The notes under the pieces are model-generated. The model made no database searches and was not told the origin of the DNA. It was given only the letters and a program-made list of their open reading frames with translations. DNA of 64,000 bases from an uncultured delta proteobacterium. Lineage in GTDB: Bacteria > Desulfobacterota > RBG-13-43-22. Location of the stretch: NCBI GenBank assembly GCA_963711835.1, contig CAVQFQ010000017.1, forward strand, positions 64,001 to 128,000. Direction: 5' to 3'. Below are positions 49,796 to 59,163 of the stretch, piece after piece. The position numbers and the translations under genes are program-made. The stretch's first letter is position 1, and each line of letters starts with the position of its first letter.

Positions 49796-50869
49796 GTGGC
49801 TGTGGCTAAGAAAATGATCCAAGCAGAAGAGATTGTTCCGGTGAGGGAGGCCCATCGCCTGAACGTTAAAGCCCTGGCCGATTACCTCAAACAATCACTG
49901 AAGGGTTTCTCGGGTGATCTGACGGTTCAGCAGTTCGGGTACGGCCAGTCCAATCCCACCTTCCTGCTTTCCAGCGCCGGAAAGGAGTATGTGCTCCGTA
50001 AAAAGCCGCCGGGAAAACTGCTTCCCTCGGCCCATGCCGTTGAGCGGGAATACCGGGTGATCAAGGCCATGAAAGGGGCCGGCGTCCCGGTTCCCGAACC
50101 CTTTCATCTGTGTGAAGACCCATCGGTGATCGGAACGGCTTTTTATCTGATGGAGCGCGTCAAAGGCAGGATCTTCCGAGATCCGATAGCCTCCGAGGCC
50201 CGGGATGCCCGGGAACGGTCGTCCATCTTTGAGGCCATGAATGAAACCCTGGCCAAGATCCATGGCCTGGATTGGAAGGCCGCCGGGCTGTCCGATTTCG
50301 GGAAACCGGGCAATTATATGGCCCGTCAGGTAAGCCGCTGGTCAAGACAATATGAAGCGGCCAAGACCGAGCCGCTTGAGAGCATGGACCTTTTAATCTC
50401 CTGGCTCGGTGAACACATCCCCGGCGATGAAATGGCCGCGGTGGTTCATGGGGATTTCCGTCTTGAAAATACGATCTTTCACCCCAGGGAACCCCGCATC
50501 CTGGCTGTCCTGGATTGGGAGCTTTCCACGCTTGGCCATCCCCTGGCGGACCTGGCTTACAATTGTATGGGTTACCACCTTCCCGCCGGCGGGGGAAAAG
50601 GTTCCGGATACCTGGGGCTGGATCTGAAAGAACTGGGCATCCCTTCAGAAGCCGAGTATCTGGCTGCCTACTGCCGCCGCACCGGCCGGGAGTCCATCCC
50701 CGATTGGGATTTTTTCATGGCCTTCAGCATGTTCCGGCTGGCGGCCATTGTCCAGGGGGTCTATAAACGGGGATTGGATGGGAATGCCAGTTCCGACCAG
50801 GCTATGACCTACGGCGTCTATGCCCGCTACCTGGCGGAAACGGCCTGGCAAATGGTTGCCAATCAGTAA
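49796..50869 (+). CDS. APH-family phosphotransferase (ACAD10/11 kinase domain- and LvaA-like)
   Basis: GQSNPT, VLRKKPPG.LL.SAHAVERE, HGDFRLEN, LDWELSTLGHPLADL. Confidence 0.92.
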   Translation: MAVAKKMIQAEEIVPVREAHRLNVKALADYLKQSLKGFSGDLTVQQFGYGQSNPTFLLSSAGKEYVLRKKPPGKLLPSAHAVEREYRVIKAMKGAGVPVPEPFHLCEDPSVIGTAFYLMERVKGRIFRDPIASEARDARERSSIFEAMNETLAKIHGLDWKAAGLSDFGKPGNYMARQVSRWSRQYEAAKTEPLESMDLLISWLGEHIPGDEMAAVVHGDFRLENTIFHPREPRILAVLDWELSTLGHPLADLAYNCMGYHLPAGGGKGSGYLGLDLKELGIPSEAEYLAAYCRRTGRESIPDWDFFMAFSMFRLAAIVQGVYKRGLDGNASSDQAMTYGVYARYLAETAWQMVANQ

Positions 50870-50904
50870 TCGGCATCAAAGCGATTCAAACGAAAGAGAT
50901 TATC

Positions 50905-51702
50905 ATGGAAAAAACGAGACGTTTAGAAGGCAAAGTGGCCGTCATCACCGGGGCTGCCAGCGGCATCGGCCGGGCCACGGCCGTACTTTTTGCAAGAGAG
51001 GGGGCCCGGCTGGTCCTGGCCGACCTTCAGGAGGCGCAGCTTGAGGAAACCCTGGCCCTGATAAAAAAAGAAGGCGGTGAAGCGGCCATCAAACGGGTGG
51101 ATGTTTCGATCGAACAGGAGGTCAAGGATCTTATCGACCTGGGCCTGCAAACCTACGGGCAGATCGATATTCTCTGCAACAATGCCGGTATTACCGGGCA
51201 GTTGACCGGGCTGGAGGAGCAGGAGGCTGAGGACTGGAAAAAAGTTCTTGAGGTCAACCTGCTGGGGGCGGTCTTGGCGACCAAACACGTGGCCCGGCAC
51301 ATGCAGGAACGGCGGTCCGGCGCCATCGTGAATACGGCCTCGGTGGCCGGTATTCGCTCCGGGGCCGGGGGCAACGCCTACAGCGCCAGCAAGGCGGCTC
51401 TGATTAATTTCACCCAGACCTCGGCCTGCGACCTGGGCGGTCACAATGTCCGGGTGAATGCCGTCTGCCCCGGGCTGATTGAAACAAAAATGACCCAGCC
51501 GGTCTTTGACTATGCCCGTGCCAAAGGCAAAGAGGATAAATTGGGGAGCCGCTGTGAATTGAGGCGCTACGGGCGGCCGGAGGAAATCGCCACCGCCATC
51601 CTTTTTCTGGCCAGCGATGAAGCCAGCTTCATAACCGGCCAGGCCCTGGCCGTGGATGGCGGCAATACCGCTTCGCTGAATCTGCCCGGGATGAAATTCT
51701 AA
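50905..51702 (+). CDS. Short-chain dehydrogenase/reductase
   Basis: TGAASGIG, NNAG, YSASK. Confidence 0.95.
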   Translation: MEKTRRLEGKVAVITGAASGIGRATAVLFAREGARLVLADLQEAQLEETLALIKKEGGEAAIKRVDVSIEQEVKDLIDLGLQTYGQIDILCNNAGITGQLTGLEEQEAEDWKKVLEVNLLGAVLATKHVARHMQERRSGAIVNTASVAGIRSGAGGNAYSASKAALINFTQTSACDLGGHNVRVNAVCPGLIETKMTQPVFDYARAKGKEDKLGSRCELRRYGRPEEIATAILFLASDEASFITGQALAVDGGNTASLNLPGMKF

Positions 51703-51768
51703 GCGGGCCTCACGGGATCATTATAACCGGGTGGAAATTAAGTAAGGTGTCCCCCTATTAGCTTTCTC

Positions 51769-51798
51769 TTGACTTCTTAAATTTTATCATGATAAAAT
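51769..51798 (+). promoter_or_regulatory. Sigma70 promoter
   Basis: TTGACT-18 bp-TAAAAT with an extended TG. Confidence 0.55.
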
Positions 51799-51988
51799 TC
51801 TTACAAAAATAGGTATTGTTCTTTTAAGAGGTTGTTCAGTAAAAAAAGACCTCCGCTCTATAATTCATTGAATCCAATATGATGCAAAGGGTCCTTCCCT
51901 CGGACGTCGGTTTTCGGGAAAGGAATCGTTTTTTCGATTTATTTTATAACGGCATTCGGTTTGGTTTTAAGTGAAAGGAGGCTGTACC

Positions 51989-53578
51989 ATGGAGACCTTC
52001 AAGAACATCTTTTCGATGGCCATTCCCCTGGTCTGGCTTTTCATTCTAATCTCCCCGGGTGGAGCCGGGGCAGCCATCACCCAGCTTAACGGCACCCTCC
52101 CTACCGACAGCCTGATTTATGACTGGCAGGCCAGCCCCGACAGCAGCCATGTCGTTTACAGCACCGGCCCTGGTCGCTATTACAGAAATGCCTTATTCAG
52201 CGTCCCGGCCGGAGGGGGTACGGCGGTCCAGATCACCCCGCCGGTCACAGGGGATGAAAGGATTATTTCCTATCAAATCAGCCCGAATAGCACTCGGGTG
52301 GTTTTTTTGATGAGGCCTTCGGAATATGCCGCTTCTGAAATTTACAGTGTGCCGATTGGCGGGGGGGCAGTCACTAAGCTCAACGAGAACATCAGCAGCC
52401 AGGTCAATACCTTTCTCTTCACGCCTGACAGCCAGAAGGTCGTTTATCAAGCGGTAGTTCCCATTATCAACCAATGGGGTCTTTACAGTGTCCCCCTTGC
52501 CGGACCGGCAACCAGCAGCCTGAGAATCGACACCAATCCAAGCTACCATGTCGATTCAGGTTTTAAGATTTCACCGGACAGCAGCCGGGTGGTCTACCGG
52601 GCACCCTGTACCTATGGTCCGGATGGAGGTCAGGCCTGCTCTGGCATGTACAGCGTACCCATTGCCGGCGGCCTCCCTGCCAAGCTTAGCCTAGATTATG
52701 CCTACAATACTGTATGGAGCGGGATCGAGATCAGCCCGGACAGCCAATATGTGGTTTACCGTGCTACCTACTACAACCCCGGAATGTCCGGCCAGGGTGA
52801 CATTTACAGCATCCCCATCGCCGGTTCAACCTCAGACCTGCTCCGGCTCTCACATTATATAGCTGGGGCCGTCACTACTTGGCAGATCAGCCCGGACAGC
52901 AGCCGGGTAGTCTTCATAGCCATGCAGGATACAGCCGGTACCTCCGAACTCTACAGCATCCCCATCCGTTTGGCCGGTCCAGTGGTCAAATTGAACGGGC
53001 CCTTGGGAACCAATGGGCAAGTGTATGAGTTTGTTATAGGCCCGGATGGCAGCCGGGTAGCCTACAGGAGTGGAAATGAATCCAGCAGCGACACCGTTGA
53101 ACTTTACAGCATCCCGATTGACGGTTCTGCCTCAGCCATCAGGATAAATCAGTCCCTTTCTGGCACTGGGTTTCAGCACCAGCGTTTTATGTTTTCCCCG
53201 AACAGCCAGCGGGTGGTCTTTGAAATAGGTAGTAATCTCTTCGGTGCCCCGGCTGTCGGCCCCTCCAGCCAGCAGGCCCTTGTGGGCACCATTTATGACG
53301 CTACCATGCCCTTCGATGTCAGCCAGGATTCTTCCGGGGTCTACTACACATTCAATGGGAACCTCTTTAAATCTCCGATTGCAGGACCAATTGGGAATAC
53401 AGTCAAATTGGACGGCCCACCCAATCATACGCTCTGGTATCCATCTTTAGATACTTTCCTGGAAACCCCAGATGGCCTCAAGCTTATTTATTCGGCCGAC
53501 CAATGCACCAACCTCTATGCCGTCGACGCCGCCATAAACTTTCCCCATTTATTGTTCCTGCCACTGGTGATCAGATAA
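51989..53578 (+). CDS. Secreted PD40/TolB-like beta-propeller protein
   Basis: Signal peptide; ten SPDS..VVY-type repeats, most followed by L/IYS.P..G; ends FLPLVIR. Confidence 0.85.
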   Translation: METFKNIFSMAIPLVWLFILISPGGAGAAITQLNGTLPTDSLIYDWQASPDSSHVVYSTGPGRYYRNALFSVPAGGGTAVQITPPVTGDERIISYQISPNSTRVVFLMRPSEYAASEIYSVPIGGGAVTKLNENISSQVNTFLFTPDSQKVVYQAVVPIINQWGLYSVPLAGPATSSLRIDTNPSYHVDSGFKISPDSSRVVYRAPCTYGPDGGQACSGMYSVPIAGGLPAKLSLDYAYNTVWSGIEISPDSQYVVYRATYYNPGMSGQGDIYSIPIAGSTSDLLRLSHYIAGAVTTWQISPDSSRVVFIAMQDTAGTSELYSIPIRLAGPVVKLNGPLGTNGQVYEFVIGPDGSRVAYRSGNESSSDTVELYSIPIDGSASAIRINQSLSGTGFQHQRFMFSPNSQRVVFEIGSNLFGAPAVGPSSQQALVGTIYDATMPFDVSQDSSGVYYTFNGNLFKSPIAGPIGNTVKLDGPPNHTLWYPSLDTFLETPDGLKLIYSADQCTNLYAVDAAINFPHLLFLPLVIR

Positions 53579-53611
53579 CACGCCATCGCTTGGCGAGAAA
53601 AAACTTTTATG

Positions 53612-53683
53612 CGCCAAAGGCGCTGACGATTAGGGTGGCGGCAGGTCGCCGCCGCCCTGTCCTGTCTTTGTCTGTGGCAAAAA
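53612..53683 (-). repeat. Second repeat family, copy 2
   Basis: CGCCAAAGGCGCTGACG...GTCCTGTCTTTGTCTGTGGCAAAAA. Confidence 0.75.
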
Positions 53684-53755
53684 TCTTTTCTGAATTTTTC
53701 GGGTTGGGGGATTAATCCGGAAATATTTTCTGCGGCTGGATCGGAGAGAAGGGTT

Positions 53756-54505
53756 TTATAATCCCAGGTAGGTTTTACGGAGGACTTCGTCCTGAAGCAA
53801 CTGCTCGCCTGGACCTTCGGCAATGATCTTGCCCGAGGAAAGGACGTAGTTGCGGCCGGCCATTTTAAAGACGGTGCTGACTTCCTGCTCCACCACCAGC
53901 AGGGTGATACCCAGCTTATTGATCTCCCCGATTTTCTCAAAGACCTCTTTCCGTATCAGAGGGGCCAGACCGGTGGAGGGTTCGTCGATACAAAGGAGTT
54001 TCGGACCGGACATCAAGGCCCGGCCGATAGCCAGCATCTGCTGCTCCCCGCCGGAAAGAGTCCCGGAGATTTGATGGGCCCGCTCCTTGAGCACCGGGAA
54101 TAAGGTATAAACCTTGTCCAGGTCTTCCTGAATCTTTTTCTTTTCTTTTTGCAGATAGGCGCCGGCCAGAAGATTGTCAAACACGGTCATTTCCCGGAAG
54201 GGCCTTCTCCGTTCCGGGCAGTGCACCAGCCCCCGTTTGACTATTTCATGGGCCGGTATCCGGTCAATGCGCTCTCCGGCGAAGGTGACCGTCCCTTCCA
54301 GGCTGATATCTCCGGCCGTGGAGCGCCGCTTGATCTCCCTCTCCCAGCCCACCAATCCGGTAATGGCCCTCAAGGCCGTGGATTTACCGGCCCCGTTGGG
54401 CCCCACCAGGCTGACCAGCTCCCCGGTGTCCACGCCCAGACTTATACCGTTCAGGAGCACGGCCTTCTCGTAGCGAACGGTTAAATTTTCAACTTGCAGT
54501 AACAT
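53756..54505 (-). CDS. livF: Branched-chain-type ABC transporter ATPase
   Basis: GPNGAGKS, LSGGEQQMLAIGRALM, DEPS.GLAP. Confidence 0.9.
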   Translation of the reverse strand: MLLQVENLTVRYEKAVLLNGISLGVDTGELVSLVGPNGAGKSTALRAITGLVGWEREIKRRSTAGDISLEGTVTFAGERIDRIPAHEIVKRGLVHCPERRRPFREMTVFDNLLAGAYLQKEKKKIQEDLDKVYTLFPVLKERAHQISGTLSGGEQQMLAIGRALMSGPKLLCIDEPSTGLAPLIRKEVFEKIGEINKLGITLLVVEQEVSTVFKMAGRNYVLSSGKIIAEGPGEQLLQDEVLRKTYLGL

Positions 54506-54534
54506 AGGCCTCGAATTTCTCCCCCAATTTTCCG

Positions 54535-55302
54535 TTAATGTTCTCCCTGCCCCAGATAAGCCTCAATGACTTGGGGGTTGGCGACCACTTCCTGGGGCGA
54601 TCCTTCCGCCAGAAGGGTCCCGAAGTTGAGAACGACAATGCGGTCCACAATCTTCATCAACTGCTGCAGCTTGTGTTCGACGATGATCATGGCCGGGCCT
54701 TCGCTGTGCAGGCGGCCGAAGCGTCCCCCCTTATGGAGCCGCTTGATGGACTTGGCCATAAGGTCGGTTTCCGCCGGGCTCAAACCCCCGAAGGGCTCGT
54801 CCAAGAGGAGCAGCTCGGGCTCGGTGGCAATGGCCCGGGCCACTTCCAGCCGCTTCAAGTCGCCCTGGGACAGAGTGGAAGCCTTTTCCAGGGCCATGTC
54901 GGAGATGCCGGCAAACTCCAGGGCATCCATGGCCTTGGCCTCGACCTTCTTGACCCACTCCCCCCGCTTCATGGCCCTGGGGGAGAGGCAGGATACCATC
55001 ACATTGGCAATAATCGGCAGCCGGCGAAAAGGCCTCATGTTTTGAAAGGTGCAGGCCACTCCCAGGTTGACGATATTCCAGATTTTTTCTCCTACGATCT
55101 CCTGCCCCTTAAAGCGAATGCTGCCTGAATCGGGTTTCAGGATCCCGGTGATCAATCGCAAGAGGGTGGTCTTTCCCGCTCCGTTGGGACCGATAAGACC
55201 CAGGATCTCTTCCCGGTCCATTCGAAAAGAAACATCGTCGACAGCCCGCAGACCGCCGAAGCTCTTGGTGATGGAGTTGACTTCAAGGAAAGGGCAGTCC
55301 AT
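54535..55302 (-). CDS. livG: Branched-chain-type ABC transporter ATPase
   Basis: FGGL.AV, GPNGAGKTT, LLLLDEP, VIEAYLG. Confidence 0.9.
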   Translation of the reverse strand: MDCPFLEVNSITKSFGGLRAVDDVSFRMDREEILGLIGPNGAGKTTLLRLITGILKPDSGSIRFKGQEIVGEKIWNIVNLGVACTFQNMRPFRRLPIIANVMVSCLSPRAMKRGEWVKKVEAKAMDALEFAGISDMALEKASTLSQGDLKRLEVARAIATEPELLLLDEPFGGLSPAETDLMAKSIKRLHKGGRFGRLHSEGPAMIIVEHKLQQLMKIVDRIVVLNFGTLLAEGSPQEVVANPQVIEAYLGQGEH

Positions 55303-57013
55303 TTAGACTTCCTCGGCCTCTTCCCGGAGTTCCCGCCTCGAGACCTTGCCCACATCGGTTTTGGGCAGCTCGCCCCGGAACTCGACGATCTTGGGCACTT
55401 TGTAGTGGGCCATCTTCTCCTTGCAGAATTCAATGATTTCTTCTTCCGAGACCTTGCCCCGAGCTTCGCTCTCCAGGACCACATAGGCCTTGATCAGGTT
55501 GCCCACCTTGGGATCCGGCACACCGACCACGCCGGCGGCCTTGATTTTGGGATGCTGGTAAAGCACTTCCTCCACGTGCCGGGCGAAAACCGAATAGCCC
55601 TTGTACTTGATCAGGTCCCGCTTACGGTCGAAGAAATGAAAATAGCCTTCTTCATCCATGCTGACCAGGTCACCGGTGCGCATCCAGCGCTCGCCGTCGA
55701 TTTCCAGAAAGGTCTCTTCGTTGCTCTCCGGACGCTTCCAATAACCTTCCATGATGTTGGGCCCGCTCAGGATCAACTCGCCCACCTCGCCGACCGGTAC
55801 AAAATTCGTCCCCTCGTGTTCAATGATGGCGGCCTTCATGTTGGGGATGGGCACCCCGAAGGAACCCTTCTTGGGCCGTTGAACCGGGCTGCCGTGACTG
55901 ACGGCCGTGGTCTCGGTCATACCGTAGCCTTCGAATATCTTGGAGCAGGTCCGTTTTTCCCACCCCTCGATGGTGGACTCGTGCAGGGTATCGGCCCCAC
56001 AGGCGATGAGTTTCAGACGCTTCCAGTTAACCCGGTCGGTCTTTTCATGCTCTTTGAGATATTCAAAAAGGGTCGGAACGCCGTAAAAGGCCGAGGCCTG
56101 GTAGCGCTCCATGGCCGAAAGGATCTCCTCGATGTCCGGCGTGGTGAACAGGACCAGGGTCGCGCCCTGGGCCAGACCGCTGAGCATAACCACCACCTGG
56201 CCGTAGATGTGAAAAAAGGGCAGGAAGGCCAAGATCGTCTCTTTGCCTTCCTCATAGATGGGCCAGAAGGCCTGAAGTTGGGCCTGGAGGGAAACGATAT
56301 TGTGGTGGGTTAACATGGCCGCTTTGGGCAGGCCGGTGGTGCCGCCGGTATAGGGCAGGGCCGCCAGGTCCTTCCAGGGATCAATGCTGACCGAAGGGGG
56401 GGTAGGTCGATGAGACTTGATCAGGTCCTGGAAAAGATGAAGGCCCGCCTGCTTGATCTTCTCCGCTGAGGGGGCCTCCATCCCGCCGTAGGCTTTAGCC
56501 ATGGCGCTTTTCCCAAACATTTTTTTCAGGGCCGGCAGGTAATCGGCGATGCTGGTCAGGATGACCTGATCCAGGGCCAGGCCGGCCTTTTCCAGGTTGT
56601 CGTAGAGCATGTCCTGGCAGACCACGGTCTTGGCCTCGCTGTCTATGATCTGGTGCCGGACCTCGATACTGGTATAAACCGGGCTGATCGGCGTGACCTT
56701 GGCTCCCAGTTTAAGGGCGGCAAAATAGGCGATGACATACTGGGGGCAGTTCAGCAGGTATAAGGCCACGGTGTCGCCCTTTTTGACCCCCAGATCGGCC
56801 AGGGCCGCGGCGAAGCGGTCAGCCAATTCCTTGAGCTCGGCATAGCTTATTTTCTTGCCGTAGAAGATCAGGGCCGTCTTGCTGCCGTATTTGTCGGCTA
56901 TTTGATCAAAAAGCTCAGGGATAGAGGCCTCGGGAATAGCGGCTTCGGCCGGCACTCCTTCCGTGGTAGTATTTCAGCCAGGGTTTGGAAAGATAAATTT
57001 CTTTGGGATCCAT
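55303..57013 (-). CDS. Long-chain acyl-CoA ligase with an apparent +1 frameshift near 56963
   Basis: ATG 57013 gives MDPKEIYLSKPWLKYY, which joins EGVPAE in another frame; YTGGTTGLPK, GYGMTE, LPKTDVGK. Confidence 0.88.
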
Positions 57014-57114
57014 AAAATTCCTTTTCTATCTTTATGGGTTCACGGATTCAAGGGTCCATGGTTCAAGTGAAAAACCGCTTAGGCTTTTTTGGCTTACTCT
57101 TGGACCCTTTCTTC

Positions 57115-58155
57115 TTAATCCAAATTCGCGGTGCAGACCCGGCAGGTCTTGCGGGTCGCGATATTGCTCAATTTGCACCGCGGGCACACCTTTTCTATCT
57201 TATCCTGGATCCAGGGTATCAATCCTTCCGGCATGTATAACAGGATCACCAGGACGAATACGGAAAAAATCATCATGCGGTACTCAGGCCAGATCCGGAC
57301 GATTTCCAACAACGGATAGAGGATAAAAACCCCCGCTATGGGGCCGTAAATAGTTGCCGCCCCCCCGAAGATGGCCCAGATCACTATGGTGAAGGACATG
57401 GACACATCCAGGGTGGAAGGTCCGGCAATCCTCATATAGTGGGCATAGAGTCCGCCGGAAATGCCGGCAAAAAAGCCGCTCAGGCTGAAGGCCAACAATT
57501 TATAAAGGGTGGTGTTGATACCCGAGGCCTTTACCGCCAGCTCATCCTCCCGGATGGCATGGAAAATAATGCCCGTATTGGAGTCGGTTATCTTCCACAT
57601 GATAAAACACAATACCAGCATGGTAATGACATGAAGATAATAATTGCCCATAAGGGAATTGGTGAAACGCTGTAAACCGGAAATCCCCAATTCACCCCCG
57701 GTTAAATTGGGCATGGCAATAATGATTCCCAGTAAGATGATCGGGAAGGCCAAAGTGGTCAGGGCCAGGTAAGTATGCTTCAGCCGCAGGCACGGAATCC
57801 CGACAATAAGACCGGCCAGGACCGCCGCCACAGCCCCCAAGGGTACGCTTCCCCAGGGGGGGATATGAACATGAAGATTTAAAATGGCCGAGGAGTAGGC
57901 TCCCACTCCGAAGAAAAGGGCATGGCCGAAATTCAGTTGACCGGTGAAACCGGACAGGAGATCCCAACTGGCGGCCAGGATGGCAAAGAGACTGGTAAAA
58001 ATGACAATACGGAACACATAGGGATCCCGGGTTATCAAGGGCAGTCCCAGGATAACAATAATAAAAAGGCCGACAATGGTTCGGCCGGGGAGGACCAGCA
58101 CCTCTCCGCGCAGGAGTGCAACTAGTTTTCTAATATAAAAGACGACAAGACCCAA
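57115..58155 (-). CDS. livM: LivM-type permease with a C-terminal CxxC..CxxC tail
   Basis: SGFTGQLNFGHALFFG.GAY, YLAL.TLAF, AIREDE; tail CPRC...CRVC. Confidence 0.88.
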   Translation of the reverse strand: MGLVVFYIRKLVALLRGEVLVLPGRTIVGLFIIVILGLPLITRDPYVFRIVIFTSLFAILAASWDLLSGFTGQLNFGHALFFGVGAYSSAILNLHVHIPPWGSVPLGAVAAVLAGLIVGIPCLRLKHTYLALTTLAFPIILLGIIIAMPNLTGGELGISGLQRFTNSLMGNYYLHVITMLVLCFIMWKITDSNTGIIFHAIREDELAVKASGINTTLYKLLAFSLSGFFAGISGGLYAHYMRIAGPSTLDVSMSFTIVIWAIFGGAATIYGPIAGVFILYPLLEIVRIWPEYRMMIFSVFVLVILLYMPEGLIPWIQDKIEKVCPRCKLSNIATRKTCRVCTANLD

Positions 58156-58161
58156 TCCTTT

Positions 58162-59026
58162 TTACCTCTCTTCCTCAAAAGCGATACCAAACAGGCCCTC
58201 CGGCCGTATCAACAGAACCAGGATCATGATCGACAAGGCCACAGGGCCCTTTAAAAAGGCCCCTGTGGGGACCAGAAAAACCACCAGGGCCTCGGTAAAC
58301 CCCAAAATAAAAGCAGCGATAAAACTTCCCTTGATACTGCCCAGCCCGCCCAGTACCACAACGGCCATCATGATAATCAGGGGTTCCATCCACATATGAG
58401 GAGTTAGGACCATAAGGGGCCCAATCACCGCACCGGTGACCCCAGCCAGGGCGACCGAGATAGCCAAGGGTGATCATGGCCAGCCGGCTCTCGTTCATTC
58501 CCATCAGATTGGCCACTTCCCGGTCCTCGGCCGTGGAACGGATGGCCAGGCCCAAGCGGGTTTTCATCAAGAGGAACCAAACAACCAGCAAAATCACCAG
58601 GACCACACCGAAGGTCAGCAACTGTTGATAAAAGATCTTGTTTCCTCCAATAGTGAAAAACCCTTGAACCATAAAATCCACACTCCGGTAATCTCCGGTG
58701 AAGAGCTGCAGGATGACCTCTTGAAAGAACATGGCCAGGGCTATGGTGGCAATCAGGACCGCCGCTTCGTGTTCACGGATCGGGTCAATGACTAATTTGT
58801 AAACCAGCAACCCGACTAAGGTAACGCCTACAACAGCGATCAGCATGGACAAGATGGCATTAAGTCCGAGCCTGATGGATAAATAATAAATACAGTAGGC
58901 CGCGACCATATAAAAGGCGGTGTGGGCAATGTTGACGATTCGGGCCACCCCAAAGATCAGGGAGAACCCGATGGCCAAAAGGGCCAGCATACTGCCGGTG
59001 ATTAGACCAGTAATGAGTATATTCAT
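58162..59026 (-). CDS. livH: LivH-type permease with an apparent frameshift near 58468
   Basis: AIGFSLIFGV..IVN.AH, T.LG.AIR; second frame VVLGGLGS, RPEGLFG. Confidence 0.85.
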
Positions 59027-59067
59027 AAAGCCTCAAAAAGGGCTCAAGGGTAGGCAAAGGGGCCTTT

Positions 59068-59112
59068 AGTTTGGAGTTCGGAGTAACTTGGTTTTACTCC
59101 GAACTCCGAACT
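59068..59112. repeat. Heptamer-based inverted repeat between the binding-protein and permease genes
   Basis: AGTTTGGAGTTCGGAGTAA / TTACTCCGAACTCCGAACT. Confidence 0.65.
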
Positions 59113-59163
59113 CAAAACTCAAAACACCCCTTTAAAATCCTAAGATTATCACAATAGTGGTTA

